A stretch of 60,466 bases of DNA, counting the filler. It is 6 parts of 6 records of this genome, joined end to end, with 100 filler letters (N's around TTAATTAATTAA, not from the genome) between each part and the next. Parts side by side here need not be neighbours in the genome. Positions count along the whole stretch, not along the records: positions 25,379 to 32,844 come from SRR31156797_11859; positions 32,945 to 41,430 come from SRR31156797_11866; 4 more parts are not named here. One strand, given 5' to 3'. Position numbers and translations under genes: made by a program. The notes under the pieces are model-generated. The model saw only the letters and a list, made by a program, of their open reading frames with translations, had not been told where the DNA came from and made no database searches. This document shows, piece after piece, positions 28,395 through 38,626 of the stretch (its first letter is position 1; each line of letters begins with the position of its first letter).

Positions 28395-30188
28395 TTAGTT
28401 TAATTCTATTTCGTAAGGGATACGTGCCTGAATACCACCTAAATCGATTAAATTTTGCGCTTTATCATAGAATCTGTAAGAGTCACCTAACTCATTTTTT
28501 AGAATTCTAATTTTTGCTTCACCTGTAAGATCCTTAATCATTTTTTGAACAGGATCTTCTTGCTTAGGAAGAGAAACTAATCTGTATTCTTCCAAACCAG
28601 CTTTTTCTTTTGCAATCTCGATGGCAGTTTCCAAGCCTCCTAATACATCAACAAGCCCTTTCTCTTTTGCATCAATAGCATTCCAAACTCTACCTTGAGC
28701 AACTTCATGAATAGCTTCTCTTGTACTATTTCTTCCTTCAACTACTCTTGACAGGAATGTTTCGTAACCATCGTTAATAATTTCCTGTAAAATTGCTTTC
28801 TCTGTGGAAGTAAAGTTTCTTGAAGATACCGGTAACATTAATGGATATCCACCACCAAAAGCTGAATGTTTATTAGTTCCGTAAGCATCAGTTGTAAAAC
28901 CAATTTTATTTTTAATTAATTCTTCCCCAGAAAAGAACAGTCCATAAATTCCAATAGATCCCGTAATGGTGTTTTTATCAGCTACAATTGTATCTGCAGG
29001 ACAAGCAATGTAATATCCGCCCGAAGCGGCAACATTACCCATAGATGCAATTACTGGTTTTTCTTGAGAAGCCAATTCTACCTCTCTCCAAATAATATCA
29101 GATACTAGTGCACTTCCTCCAGGAGAATTTACACGTAATACAATCGCTTTAATTGTTGTGTCGCGACGTGCTTTGCGAATTGTTTTAGCCAGACCAGGAC
29201 CAATTGAAGTTTCACTTTGTTCCATTCCGATTCCACCAGTAGCATAGACAATGGCAATTTTATCTTTAGAGTATTTTTTCTCTGCATCAGGAGTTTTTGA
29301 ATAATCAGAAACACTAATAAATCTTAGTTTTTTATCCTCTTTGATATCGGTCAGTTGACGCAATTTAGCATTCATCTCATCCTGATAAATTACTCCATCA
29401 ATTAAATTATTAGCTTTTGCATCAACTGCTTTACGAATTGCGAAATCATCGATAAGCTGATTTAATTTTTTAACAGATATGTTTCTTTCTTCGGAAATGC
29501 CAGTAAGAATTTGATTCCAAATTGCTCCAACATAAGCCATGGTTTGTTCACGACTCTCATCACTCATATCATCTCTAAAAAATTGCTCGGTTGCCGATTT
29601 GTATTTTCCAACACGAATAACTTGCGCTTCAACACCAATATTTTTTAGAAATTTCTTGTAAAAAGTTCGTTCTCCTCCCATACCAACAATAAACAAGCTA
29701 GCTTCAGGATTTAAGAAAATACTATCGGATACAGAAGTTAGATAATAGGTTTTTTGAGAGTAAGCATAGTTGTTATAACTCACAATGAACTTACCTGTTT
29801 CTTTAAATTCCTTTAACTTATTACGTACCTCTTCAATAGAAGCCATTCCTCCAAAATTGGCTGAAATTCCACTGATATTTAAATAAATTCCTTTGATTTT
29901 ATCATCAGTTTTTGCTTTTTCGATGCTTTCAAGAATGGTATTTAAACCAATGCTTGATTTATCACTCATTCCAGGAATATCAAATCCATCAAAAGGATTG
30001 TCAGTACCTCTATCTGCAAGTTGTTTGTTTAGTTTAATTTCAAGAATACTCTTGTTTTTAACAACAACAGGTTTATCTGCACTTGAAGCAATACCTACTA
30101 ACATCATTATTCCTATAAAAAGAAGGAGAATTCCACCAAGAATAACTCCCAGGATAGAAGCAAATGTAAATTTGAAGAAACTTTTCAT
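28395..30188 (-). CDS. sppA: Signal peptide peptidase SppA, 67K type
   Basis: RVGKYKSA, LRVNSPGGSA, SMGNVAASGGYY, TITGSIG, AQGRVW. Confidence 0.94.
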   Translation of the reverse strand: MKSFFKFTFASILGVILGGILLLFIGIMMLVGIASSADKPVVVKNKSILEIKLNKQLADRGTDNPFDGFDIPGMSDKSSIGLNTILESIEKAKTDDKIKGIYLNISGISANFGGMASIEEVRNKLKEFKETGKFIVSYNNYAYSQKTYYLTSVSDSIFLNPEASLFIVGMGGERTFYKKFLKNIGVEAQVIRVGKYKSATEQFFRDDMSDESREQTMAYVGAIWNQILTGISEERNISVKKLNQLIDDFAIRKAVDAKANNLIDGVIYQDEMNAKLRQLTDIKEDKKLRFISVSDYSKTPDAEKKYSKDKIAIVYATGGIGMEQSETSIGPGLAKTIRKARRDTTIKAIVLRVNSPGGSALVSDIIWREVELASQEKPVIASMGNVAASGGYYIACPADTIVADKNTITGSIGIYGLFFSGEELIKNKIGFTTDAYGTNKHSAFGGGYPLMLPVSSRNFTSTEKAILQEIINDGYETFLSRVVEGRNSTREAIHEVAQGRVWNAIDAKEKGLVDVLGGLETAIEIAKEKAGLEEYRLVSLPKQEDPVQKMIKDLTGEAKIRILKNELGDSYRFYDKAQNLIDLGGIQARIPYEIELN

Positions 30189-30381
30189 GAATCTATGTAT
30201 TTGAAATGAATATTCGATACCAAGCCATTCTATTTAATAAATGACATAATATTTATGTAAATTTTGTTTAAAACAAATATATCTAATTAAGATGATATTG
30301 TTTTTATGGCATCACGATTTTTCGATGTATATTTTGTTTGAACAGATTTCTTTGTTTCTTTTACCGATCAAATGAAAAATA

Positions 30382-30870
30382 ATGGCAAAAGTATATTTCT
30401 TAATTGGTGGTAATCTTGGCAATCGAGAACAAATTCTTAAAGATACTGCAGAACAATTGAATGAAAAGGTTGGAGAAATCTATTTAATTTCATCTATTTA
30501 TGAAACTGAACCTTGGGGATTTGAACATGAATTGAGTTTTTTGAATCAGGTTGTTGTATGTGAAACAACTTTATTACCCATTGAGGTTTTAAATAGTACA
30601 CAGGAAATTGAACTGAATTTGGGACGTGTGCGTAAAAAAAATCGGTACAGTGAACGAACAATAGATATCGACCTGTTATTCTACGATGATTTGATTATGG
30701 ATACGGAGAGATTAGAATTACCACATCCTAGATTGGGAGAGAGGATGTTTGCTCTGACTCCATTGTCGGAAATTATTCCGGAATTTATTCATCCGATTAG
30801 CTTCAAAACAGTTCAAACAATAAAAGCTGAATGTGAAGATACTTCAGTAGTTACCATATTTAACTCATAA
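30382..30870 (+). CDS. folK: 2-amino-4-hydroxy-6-hydroxymethyldihydropteridine diphosphokinase
   Basis: GGNLGNR, SSIYETEPWG, FLNQV, RTIDIDLL, LPHPR. Confidence 0.95.
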   Translation: MAKVYFLIGGNLGNREQILKDTAEQLNEKVGEIYLISSIYETEPWGFEHELSFLNQVVVCETTLLPIEVLNSTQEIELNLGRVRKKNRYSERTIDIDLLFYDDLIMDTERLELPHPRLGERMFALTPLSEIIPEFIHPISFKTVQTIKAECEDTSVVTIFNS

Positions 30871-30896
30871 AAAAAGACTGCCATTTGGCAGTCTTT
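30871..30896. terminator. Bidirectional intrinsic terminator between folK and upp
   Basis: AAAGACTGCC-ATTT-GGCAGTCTTT. Confidence 0.8.
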
Positions 30897-30918
30897 AATA
30901 TATAATTTGGATTATTTT

Positions 30919-31575
30919 CTATCCTAATTTTGGTCCGAAAGCTAAATCTCCAGCATCTCCACAACCAGGAACGATATATGATTTAGAATTTAATTCTGCA
31001 TCAACAACACCATTCCAAATGGTAATATTTTCTTCAGGTAGATTGTTTTTGATGAAATCGACACCTTGTTGGCTTGCAATAACAGATACAATATGTACAT
31101 GTTTAGGAGTTCCTTTTGTTAGCATCGCTTTATAAGCTAGTTCCATCGAAGATCCGGTTGCCAACATAGGATCAGCAAGGATCACAATTTTTCCATCGAT
31201 AGAAGGAGATGAGATGTATTCAAAATTAATTGTGAATTTTCCATCTTCGGTATGCTTACGATATGCTGAGATAAAAGCATTTTCCGACTTGTCGAAATAA
31301 TTTAATAAACCATTGTGCAAAGGAAGACCAGCTCTTAAAATAGAAGCGACTACCACTTCATCTTTAGGAAGAGAAGTTTTTGCAGTTCCCAGTGGAGTTT
31401 CTACTGACTGCTCCGCGAAATCTAAAGTTTTACTGATTTCATAGGCATAAATTTCTCCAACTCTTTCAAGATTTCTTCTAAAACGAAGAGGATCATTTTG
31501 AACGTTAACGTCTCGGATTTCAGCTATAAATTGGTTAAAAAGGGAGTTGTTTTCCCCTAAAGTATGGATCACCAT
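30919..31575 (-). CDS. upp: Uracil phosphoribosyltransferase
   Basis: SILRAG, DPMLATGSS, YIVPGCGDAGDLAFG. Confidence 0.95.
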   Translation of the reverse strand: MVIHTLGENNSLFNQFIAEIRDVNVQNDPLRFRRNLERVGEIYAYEISKTLDFAEQSVETPLGTAKTSLPKDEVVVASILRAGLPLHNGLLNYFDKSENAFISAYRKHTEDGKFTINFEYISSPSIDGKIVILADPMLATGSSMELAYKAMLTKGTPKHVHIVSVIASQQGVDFIKNNLPEENITIWNGVVDAELNSKSYIVPGCGDAGDLAFGPKLG

Positions 31576-31673
31576 GTTATTGTATCATTTAAAAATTAGC
31601 TGAGCGCAAATATAGCCATATTTCAAGAATATTAAAGCAGTAAATAAGGAAAAAAATAAAAAGCTAATTGATT

Positions 31674-32369
31674 CTAAATTAGACCTTCATCGGCAAAACT
31701 GTAATATTGATTATCGCCAATAATTATGTGATCTAAAATGTCTATATTCATCAGTTTAGCAGCCTCTTTCGCTTTGTTCGTGATATCTTTATCAGCAGCA
31801 GAAGGTGATAGATTTCCGGATGGATGGTTGTGGCATAAAATTAGATTTACAGCTTCAAGTTGTAGAGCATCTTTTAGGATTAAACGAATATCGAAAACTG
31901 TACCTGTAATTCCGCCTGATGACACGTTTTTAATTTCAACAATTTTGTTGGCTCTATTCATAAAAAGAACCCAAAATTCTTCGTGTCCGAGATTTTCTAC
32001 ATAAGGAAAAAATAATTCGAAAGCATCCTGGCTACAGCTTACTTTTTGCTTTTGTTTGCTTTGAAAAGCTCTTTGTCTTCTCCCTAATTCAAGTGCCGAA
32101 ATAATGCCAATAGCTTTTGCTTCCCCAATTCCACGAATTTTCATTAAATCGTGAATGGATTTTTTTGCCAAATTATTAAGATCATTATTGCAAGAGGAAA
32201 GTATTGATTTGGAAAGTTCTACTGCAGATTGGTTTCGGTTACCACTGCCTATAATAATTGCCAGAAGTTCGGCTGAAGATAAACTTTTAACACCATTGTA
32301 CATTAATTTTTCTCGAGGGCGATCTTCAAGTGCCCAGTCTTTAATGCTTAACTTATTATACTCTTCCAT
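31674..32369 (-). CDS. radC: RadC/JAB-domain protein
   Basis: RPREKL, HhH GIGEAKA, HNHPSG, DHIIIG. Confidence 0.93.
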   Translation of the reverse strand: MEEYNKLSIKDWALEDRPREKLMYNGVKSLSSAELLAIIIGSGNRNQSAVELSKSILSSCNNDLNNLAKKSIHDLMKIRGIGEAKAIGIISALELGRRQRAFQSKQKQKVSCSQDAFELFFPYVENLGHEEFWVLFMNRANKIVEIKNVSSGGITGTVFDIRLILKDALQLEAVNLILCHNHPSGNLSPSAADKDITNKAKEAAKLMNIDILDHIIIGDNQYYSFADEGLI

Positions 32370-32442
32370 AATTATTTGTGCAAATACTTAATTAAAGTTA
32401 TGAATTTGCTTAAACAATACAAATATGAAATAGGTACATGCC

Positions 32443-32470
32443 AAAAAAGGGTCCTCAAATGAGAACCCTT
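32443..32470 (-). terminator. Intrinsic terminator after rpsT
   Basis: AAAAAAGGGTCCTC-AAAT-GAGAACCCTTT. Confidence 0.65.
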
Positions 32471-32490
32471 TATAACAGAGTTATAGTGTC

Positions 32491-32742
32491 TTAAAGCTTG
32501 TTAACGTGTGAAGCTAATTTAGATTTCAAGTTAGCAGCTTTGTTCTTATGAATCACATTGATTTTTGCAAGCTTATCTAACATTGCAGTAACCTGTGGAA
32601 GTAATTCATTAGCAGCTTCCTTATCTGAAGTAGCACGTAACTTTCTTACAGCATTTCTAGCAGTCTTAGCAAAATACTTATTGTGTACTCTTTTCTTTTC
32701 AGACTGTCTAATTCTTTTAATTGCAGATTGATGATTTGCCAT
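32491..32742 (-). CDS. rpsT: 30S ribosomal protein S20
   Basis: [13 protein letters not shown]...[13 protein letters not shown]. Confidence 0.97.
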   Translation of the reverse strand: MANHQSAIKRIRQSEKKRVHNKYFAKTARNAVRKLRATSDKEAANELLPQVTAMLDKLAKINVIHKNKAANLKSKLASHVNKL

Positions 32743-32769
32743 CTCTTAAAGTTATCTAAATTATTATCT

Positions 32770-32844
32770 TGGTAGTCCGTACGGGAATCGAACCCGTGTT
32801 ACCAGAATGAAAATCTGGCGTCCTAACCCCTAGACGAACGGACC
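32770..32844 (-). tRNA. tRNA-Glu(TTC)
   Basis: Reverse complement GGTCCGTTCGTCTAGGGGTTAGGACGCCAGATTTTCATTCTGGTAACACGGGTTCGATTCCCGTACGGACTACCA; full cloverleaf, anticodon TTC, encoded CCA. Confidence 0.96.
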
Positions 32845-32944
32845 NNNNNNNNNNNNNNNNNNNNNNNNNNNNNNNNNNNNNNNNNNNNTTAATTAATTAA
32901 NNNNNNNNNNNNNNNNNNNNNNNNNNNNNNNNNNNNNNNNNNNN
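32845..32944. other. Artificial contig spacer
   Basis: N44-TTAATTAATTAA-N44. Confidence 0.99.
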
Positions 32945-32946
32945 CA

Positions 32947-34662
32947 AGCAAATTAATGACAACCAAGCAAGCTGTCGAAACCTTCGTCAAAGAAGGTATG
33001 CATGTGGGGTTTGGCGGATTTTCTTCATGTCGAAACGCCATGGCTGTTTCGCATGAGATTATCCGCCAGGGCATTGGCAAACTTCACATCTCAAGCGTCA
33101 ATCCGGCCTTTGGAGTCGACATAATAATAGGGGCCGGTTTGGTTAAAACGGTTGAATCAGGTTGTCTCAACATGGAAAGATTGGGTCTGCCCCGTAATTT
33201 CTGCCGTCAGGTCGAAGCAGGAACGCTGCTTTCCGAAGACTATGAGCATTTGGGAATGACTCTCAGGTACCTGGCCGGTTCTTTAGGGCTCAGCTTCATT
33301 CCGGCCAAGTCGGCCATCGGATCCGACATCGCTAATTATTCGGTTTTGGACAAAAAGAAATTAGCCGCGACAACGTGTCCTTTCACCGATGAAAAATACC
33401 TTCTTCTGCCGGCATGTACACCGGACCTGGCGATAATTCATGTGACAAAGTCAGATGAATTTGGTAACTGTCAAATAGAAGGTTCAGCTTTTACAGACGA
33501 ATATATCGCCAAGGCTTCCAAAGAGGTTATCGTCATAGCCGAGGAAATCGTTCCTATAGGATTGATCAGAAGGCGCCCGCAGGAAACGGTAATCCCCGCC
33601 TACCGCGTAAACGCAGTTGTTCATGAACCTCATGGAGCATACCCGACTTCAGTGCCCGGCGTATACGATTACGACTACGAAGCCTTGCTCGACTACCAGA
33701 AACATGCCAAGAATCCGGAACTCTTCAAGGAGTATCTTGACCGTCATGTTTATGGGGTATCGGATTTCAAGGAATACCTTGATAAGGTTCTTCCCGCCTC
33801 ACGTATGCATAAAATCAGCATCGACCCCCGGTTAGGGTATTCAGGTCATGTCGCCGAGTTGGTGACCACCGGCGGCAAGACCGGTGAAATGCCGGATGAA
33901 TACACCAGCAATGAAATGATGATCGTTGCCGCGGCCCGGCAGTTCAAGGACGGCGAAACGGCTATTATTGGAACCGGCCTGCCCATGGCGGCCTGTACGC
34001 TGGCCATGGCCACGCACGCCCCTAACCTTAACTATATTGTTGAAACAGGCATTGGCGACATCAGCCCCAAACATGCTTCCTTGTCAGTGGCCGACCCGCG
34101 CCTGACAGGCGCCGCAAAACCTGCGTTTATCAGGAACACCATGGAAGCGCTCGGCTTTCTCGTCCAGCGAGGTCTGGCCGACGTCGGTTTCCTGGGCGGG
34201 GCCCAGATCGATATGTACGGGAACCTTAACGCCACATCCACGGGCGACTATCACAAGCCCGGCAAGCGTTTCCCCGGCAGCGGCGGAGCCAACTCCATAG
34301 CCAGTTGCGCTCAAAGACTCCTGACCATCATCAAGCATGAGCGCCGCCGTTTCCTGGAAAAAGTGGACTATATCACCAGCCCCGGATTTCTGCAGGGAGG
34401 CAAAACCAGGTGGGAAGCCGGCCTGAGGGGCGAAGGACCGGACAAAGTCATCACCGACCTGGCTATCATGGATTTTGAGCCTGAAACAAAACGCATGAGG
34501 GTCATTTCCCTGCATCCGGGCGTGACCAAGGAACAGGTCCAGGAAGCCACGGGTTTTGAACTTTTATTCGCCGACAACGTTGTGGAAACTCCACCGCCGA
34601 CCGCGGAAGACATTGAAATATTGAGGACCCGCATCGGTCGAGTTTACCTGGGCGGCGACTAA
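32947..34662 (+). CDS. Family I CoA-transferase, fused alpha+beta subunits (glutaconate CoA-transferase GctAB-like)
   Basis: Alpha half: GFGGF, PDLAIIH..DEFGN, GAYPTS. Beta half: IGTGLP, IVETG, FLGGAQIDMYGNLN, PGSGGAN, SLHPGVT. Frame is open to the contig edge, so the start may lie upstream. Confidence 0.88.
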   Translation, partial: SKLMTTKQAVETFVKEGMHVGFGGFSSCRNAMAVSHEIIRQGIGKLHISSVNPAFGVDIIIGAGLVKTVESGCLNMERLGLPRNFCRQVEAGTLLSEDYEHLGMTLRYLAGSLGLSFIPAKSAIGSDIANYSVLDKKKLAATTCPFTDEKYLLLPACTPDLAIIHVTKSDEFGNCQIEGSAFTDEYIAKASKEVIVIAEEIVPIGLIRRRPQETVIPAYRVNAVVHEPHGAYPTSVPGVYDYDYEALLDYQKHAKNPELFKEYLDRHVYGVSDFKEYLDKVLPASRMHKISIDPRLGYSGHVAELVTTGGKTGEMPDEYTSNEMMIVAAARQFKDGETAIIGTGLPMAACTLAMATHAPNLNYIVETGIGDISPKHASLSVADPRLTGAAKPAFIRNTMEALGFLVQRGLADVGFLGGAQIDMYGNLNATSTGDYHKPGKRFPGSGGANSIASCAQRLLTIIKHERRRFLEKVDYITSPGFLQGGKTRWEAGLRGEGPDKVITDLAIMDFEPETKRMRVISLHPGVTKEQVQEATGFELLFADNVVETPPPTAEDIEILRTRIGRVYLGGD

Positions 34663-34699
34663 ACCATAACCCTATATTTCATAGAAAAGGAGGAACGGG

Positions 34700-36223
34700 G
34701 TGACTGACCTCTTCCAGTATTTACCAAACGCCCTCACCGCGACCAACCTGCTGGTGCTTGTCCTGGGAACAATCGGCGGCCTTTTCCTCGGCGCCACCCC
34801 GGGGCTCAGCCCGACCATGGCCGTGGCCCTGCTGGTGCCTTTCACCTTTTACATGGAACCGGCGACAGGGCTTATTCTGCTCGGCGCGGTTTACACCGCC
34901 ACAGTGGCCGGCGGGGCTATTTCCGCCATTTTGCTTAATATCCCCGGCGCTCCGGCAAATATCGCCACCATGCTCGACGGCCACCCCATGGCCAAACAGG
35001 GGCGCTCCCAAAAGGCCCTGTACGTCTGCTTCATCAGCTCGCTGATCGGCGGACTATTCGGCATGCTGATCATGGTCCTCTTTACGCCTCCAATGGCGGC
35101 CCTGGCCATGAAATTCGGCCCATCCGAACTGTTCTGGATAGCCATATTCGGCATCACCGTCATGGCCGGCCTTTCATCAGGATCCATTATGAAAGGCCTT
35201 TTCGGAGGCATGTTCGGTCTTCTCATCAGCACCATCGGGTACAGCCCCATGTTGGGCGTGCCCAGGTTCATATTTCATGACGTCCTGACCGGCGGCGTGG
35301 CCATCGTCCCCGCATTGATCGGCCTGTTCGCCATCCCCCAGGTTTTCAACCTTGTTGAAGATTTGGGAACCAAGATCGAACGGGCGGATTACAGACCTCA
35401 AAGAGGCGTGCTGGCCGAAACAATCCTCGACCATTTCAAATGGCTCAAGGCATTGTCAATTGGCTCCATAGTGGGTTCGATTATCGGCATTATCCCCGGC
35501 GCCGGCGGACAGGTGGCCGGTTTGATCGCTTACGATCAAAACAAGAGGTTTTCAAAACATCCTGAAACCCTCGGGACCGGAAACCCCGAAGGCGTAGCCG
35601 TGGCCGAATCGGCCAACAACGCCATGGTCGGACCGTCCCTGATTCCATTACTGACCCTGAGCATCCCCGGCAGCCCGACAGCCGCCGTGCTTCTGGGCGG
35701 TCTTCTCATTCACGGTCTCTTTCCCGGTCCGGATCTGTTCATTAACAATGCGGATGTTACTTACACCTTCATTTCAGCCATGATCCTGGCCCAGATAGCC
35801 ATGTGCATCTTCGGCATCGCCATGTCCAGGTTTTCATACCTCGTCATGAGCGTGTCAAACCTGATGATGCTGGCCGCGGTCACAGTTCTCGCCGTTTACG
35901 GAACATACAGCGTCCAGAATAGCTTCTCCGACGTTATTGTAATGTTCGGACTGGGACTGGCCATGTATGTAGGCAGCAAGTTCGGGTTCTCAGCGGCGCC
36001 GGTCGTCCTGGGCATTATCCTCGGCCCCATTGCCGAAGATAATTTCCTCAAAGGCAAGATGATCGCCGACACCGAAGTCGGAGTTTTCTCCTACTTTTTC
36101 ACTGGAACAATAAACATCATCGTTATCTTGCTTTGCGTCTTTTCCATCGGATGGAGCATTTACGGTGAAATAAAAATGATGAAAAAAAGTAAAAATCTGG
36201 AAGCGATGGAGGCGGCAAAGTGA
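34700..36223 (+). CDS. tctA: Tripartite tricarboxylate transporter large permease
   Basis: GATPGLSPTMAVALL, ILLNIPGAP, DGHPM, AESANNA, LTLSIPG. Confidence 0.92.
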   Translation: MTDLFQYLPNALTATNLLVLVLGTIGGLFLGATPGLSPTMAVALLVPFTFYMEPATGLILLGAVYTATVAGGAISAILLNIPGAPANIATMLDGHPMAKQGRSQKALYVCFISSLIGGLFGMLIMVLFTPPMAALAMKFGPSELFWIAIFGITVMAGLSSGSIMKGLFGGMFGLLISTIGYSPMLGVPRFIFHDVLTGGVAIVPALIGLFAIPQVFNLVEDLGTKIERADYRPQRGVLAETILDHFKWLKALSIGSIVGSIIGIIPGAGGQVAGLIAYDQNKRFSKHPETLGTGNPEGVAVAESANNAMVGPSLIPLLTLSIPGSPTAAVLLGGLLIHGLFPGPDLFINNADVTYTFISAMILAQIAMCIFGIAMSRFSYLVMSVSNLMMLAAVTVLAVYGTYSVQNSFSDVIVMFGLGLAMYVGSKFGFSAAPVVLGIILGPIAEDNFLKGKMIADTEVGVFSYFFTGTINIIVILLCVFSIGWSIYGEIKMMKKSKNLEAMEAAK

Positions 36224-36672
36224 AACGGGAACTATCCATTTCAGCGGGCATGATCGCGCTGACTCTGATCAGCTTCTATCTGATGTACCAGATTGAAATC
36301 CCCGAAGCCCAGACTTTTCCCAAGGTAGTGTTGTCAATAATGATGCTCTTGGGTCTGTTTTTGGGAATTCAGGCTATTATCAACAAAAAGACGGAAGAGG
36401 CGTCAAAAGGCGACAAAAAGCCTTATCCCATTAAAAAAGTTGCGATCGCCCTGTGTTGCATGATTGTCTATTTCGCCGTTATGGAAACCGTGGGCTTCTA
36501 TCTCTCGGGTTTCATATTCTTTTTTATTGTGACTCTTGTTCTCCAGGAAGAAAAGATCACTCCCAAGGGAGCAGCCTTCAGAGGCATAATCTGTCTGGCT
36601 TTTATGGGCGTTCTGTTTATTCTGTTTAACAATATTCTTGCGGTTCAGGCCCCAAGAGGGATTTTTTATTAA
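36220..36672 (+). CDS. tctB: Tripartite tricarboxylate transporter small permease
   Basis: About four TM helices with FP and terminal P.G motifs; overlaps the tctA stop. Confidence 0.82.
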   Translation: MKRELSISAGMIALTLISFYLMYQIEIPEAQTFPKVVLSIMMLLGLFLGIQAIINKKTEEASKGDKKPYPIKKVAIALCCMIVYFAVMETVGFYLSGFIFFFIVTLVLQEEKITPKGAAFRGIICLAFMGVLFILFNNILAVQAPRGIFY

Positions 36673-36784
36673 TCGATGGAAAATGCGGCAGGCGGCGGCG
36701 TTAGGCGGCCGTCTAACCGTATTTCCTTGTTTTTGTGGTTAAGTGCCTTTGGCATTAAGTAACGGATAAAAAAAGGAGTAAGAA

Positions 36785-37756
36785 ATGAAGAAGAGTTTAC
36801 TGCATGTCGTAATCGCCGCCTTTGTCTGTACTTCCCTGTTTTTCGCCCCCAGCACGGCCAAAGCCGAATGGCCGGATAAACCGGTCAGCATGATCGTCGC
36901 CTATTCACCGGGCGGCGCCACCGACTTCCAGGCCAGGATAGTCACCATGCTCGCAGGCGACGAAAAATACCTCGGCCAGCCCATGGTTGTTATCAACAAA
37001 CCCGGCGCCGGCGGCCAGGTCGGTTGGAACTGGATGGTTCAAAAAGGCACCAAAGATGGTTACACGGTAACAGCCTACAATGTGCCCCACTTCATCGCCC
37101 AGTCCATCATGTACAAAACCAAATACAACATCAATACTTTCGAAGCAGTCGCCAACTGGGGCGCTGACCCGGCCGTTCTGATCGTGCCCAAGGACAGCCC
37201 CTTCAACACGGTTGACGACCTGGTCAAGTTTGCCAAGGAAAACCCGGGCAAAGTCACCGTCAGCGGCGCCGGCCTGTACGTGGGACACCACATCGCCACA
37301 TTGCAGCTTATGAAAGCCGCGGGCATCAAGGTTACCTACATCCCTGAAAAAGGCGGCGTGGGCGCCATGCAGTCGGTCGTGGCCGCCAAGGTCAAAGCAG
37401 GCTTCAACAACCTTTCCGACTCTTACCGCAACAAGGATCGTATAAAAATCCTGGCGATCGCCGACCTCCAGCGCAACGACTTTCTGCCCGACGTCAAAAC
37501 CTTTAAGGAATTGGGCATTGATATCGACGATTCAAGCGTTAACTTCCGCGGCATTGCCCTGCCCAAGGGCGCACCGGCGGACGTAATCGCCAAAGCGTCG
37601 GAAATATTCCCCAAAATGTTCAGCGACCCGAAGACCCTCAAAAAGATGAAAGCTTCGGGCAGCCCGGTTCGCGTGCTTCCTCGCGAAGAAGTAACAGAAA
37701 TGTTCAAGAAACGCGAAGCTTTCCTCAAGGAACTTCTTAAAGGCCTGAAAAAATAG
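36785..37756 (+). CDS. tctC: Tripartite tricarboxylate transporter substrate-binding protein (Bug/TctC)
   Basis: Signal peptide; WPDKPVSMIVAYSPGGATD, VINKPGAGG, PDVKTFKELG. Confidence 0.92.
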   Translation: MKKSLLHVVIAAFVCTSLFFAPSTAKAEWPDKPVSMIVAYSPGGATDFQARIVTMLAGDEKYLGQPMVVINKPGAGGQVGWNWMVQKGTKDGYTVTAYNVPHFIAQSIMYKTKYNINTFEAVANWGADPAVLIVPKDSPFNTVDDLVKFAKENPGKVTVSGAGLYVGHHIATLQLMKAAGIKVTYIPEKGGVGAMQSVVAAKVKAGFNNLSDSYRNKDRIKILAIADLQRNDFLPDVKTFKELGIDIDDSSVNFRGIALPKGAPADVIAKASEIFPKMFSDPKTLKKMKASGSPVRVLPREEVTEMFKKREAFLKELLKGLKK

Positions 37757-37765
37757 CACCCATAT

Positions 37766-37798
37766 CGGCCGGCGGCTTTCCGCCGGCCGTAATTTTTT
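37766..37798 (+). terminator. Intrinsic terminator after tctC
   Basis: CGGCCGGCGG-CTTT-CCGCCGGCCG followed by TAATTTTTT. Confidence 0.8.
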
Positions 37799-37820
37799 CC
37801 AACCCCCTCATTATTCAGGC

Positions 37821-38609
37821 TTACACCGCTCCCTCTTCATACTTTGTCATCTGCCTGGCCTGTTGGACCATTTTTTCCTTGAACGGCCGGAAATGCTTCA
37901 ACAACTTGAATATCGGCGGCATGGGTATGATGTTGCATGAAGCCTCCTTTTCCGTGGACCGGCTGATGCGGCCGTTTTTAACCAACTCGCGTCCGGCCTT
38001 TTCAAAAGCGGCATAAGCCGTAGTCAGTTTCGGCGCTATTTGCTCCATTTCCGGCTTACGGCCGTGGCCGGCGAATCTGCCCGCATTGCGAACCAGCATG
38101 CCCGCTAAAGGCGCATCATTGAATTTTGCATAAGTTTTGAAATAGGAAATAACATTCTTGGGCGTTTCCTTTTCCACGTTGTCGCAGCAAACCAGGGCCA
38201 CAAAAGGCTTTGAACAGATAGCCGCGTCCACGTGGTGGAAAATCAATCCGCTTTTTGTCACGTTAAGGTCGAAAACATCCGCCGTGGCGTACATTCTATC
38301 AAGAAAATTCTTCATCAGTCCCGTCATGGTGAATATGTAAATCGGCGTGGCGTAAACAATGATATCGGCCGCGGCCATTTTATCAAAAACTGAACGCGCG
38401 TCGTCTTTCTCTTCAAACACACATTTGAGATAATGATCGGGACTGTTACATTTGCCGCAGGAAAGGCAATGATTAATTTTCAACCTCGCCAGGTCGACGG
38501 ATTCAAACTCCCCGCCGGCCGAAACAATTCCATTAGACAACTTTTTTAATAAAAATGCGGTGTGCCCCCCGGATCCTCGATGCGAACCATTTATGGCCAG
38601 TATTTTCAT
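37821..38609 (-). CDS. Flavodoxin-family iron-sulfur flavoprotein (Isf-like)
   Basis: ILAINGSHR, CLSCGKC......KC..DD, ATPIY, MKNFLDR. Confidence 0.82.
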   Translation of the reverse strand: MKILAINGSHRGSGGHTAFLLKKLSNGIVSAGGEFESVDLARLKINHCLSCGKCNSPDHYLKCVFEEKDDARSVFDKMAAADIIVYATPIYIFTMTGLMKNFLDRMYATADVFDLNVTKSGLIFHHVDAAICSKPFVALVCCDNVEKETPKNVISYFKTYAKFNDAPLAGMLVRNAGRFAGHGRKPEMEQIAPKLTTAYAAFEKAGRELVKNGRISRSTEKEASCNIIPMPPIFKLLKHFRPFKEKMVQQARQMTKYEEGAV

Positions 38610-38626
38610 AGCTGCCTCCTGAATGT

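Noticed and set aside
31674-32369. RadC/JAB gene as a mobile-element or CBASS component
   Set aside because: It is the full-length HhH-containing form in housekeeping context (rpsT, upp).
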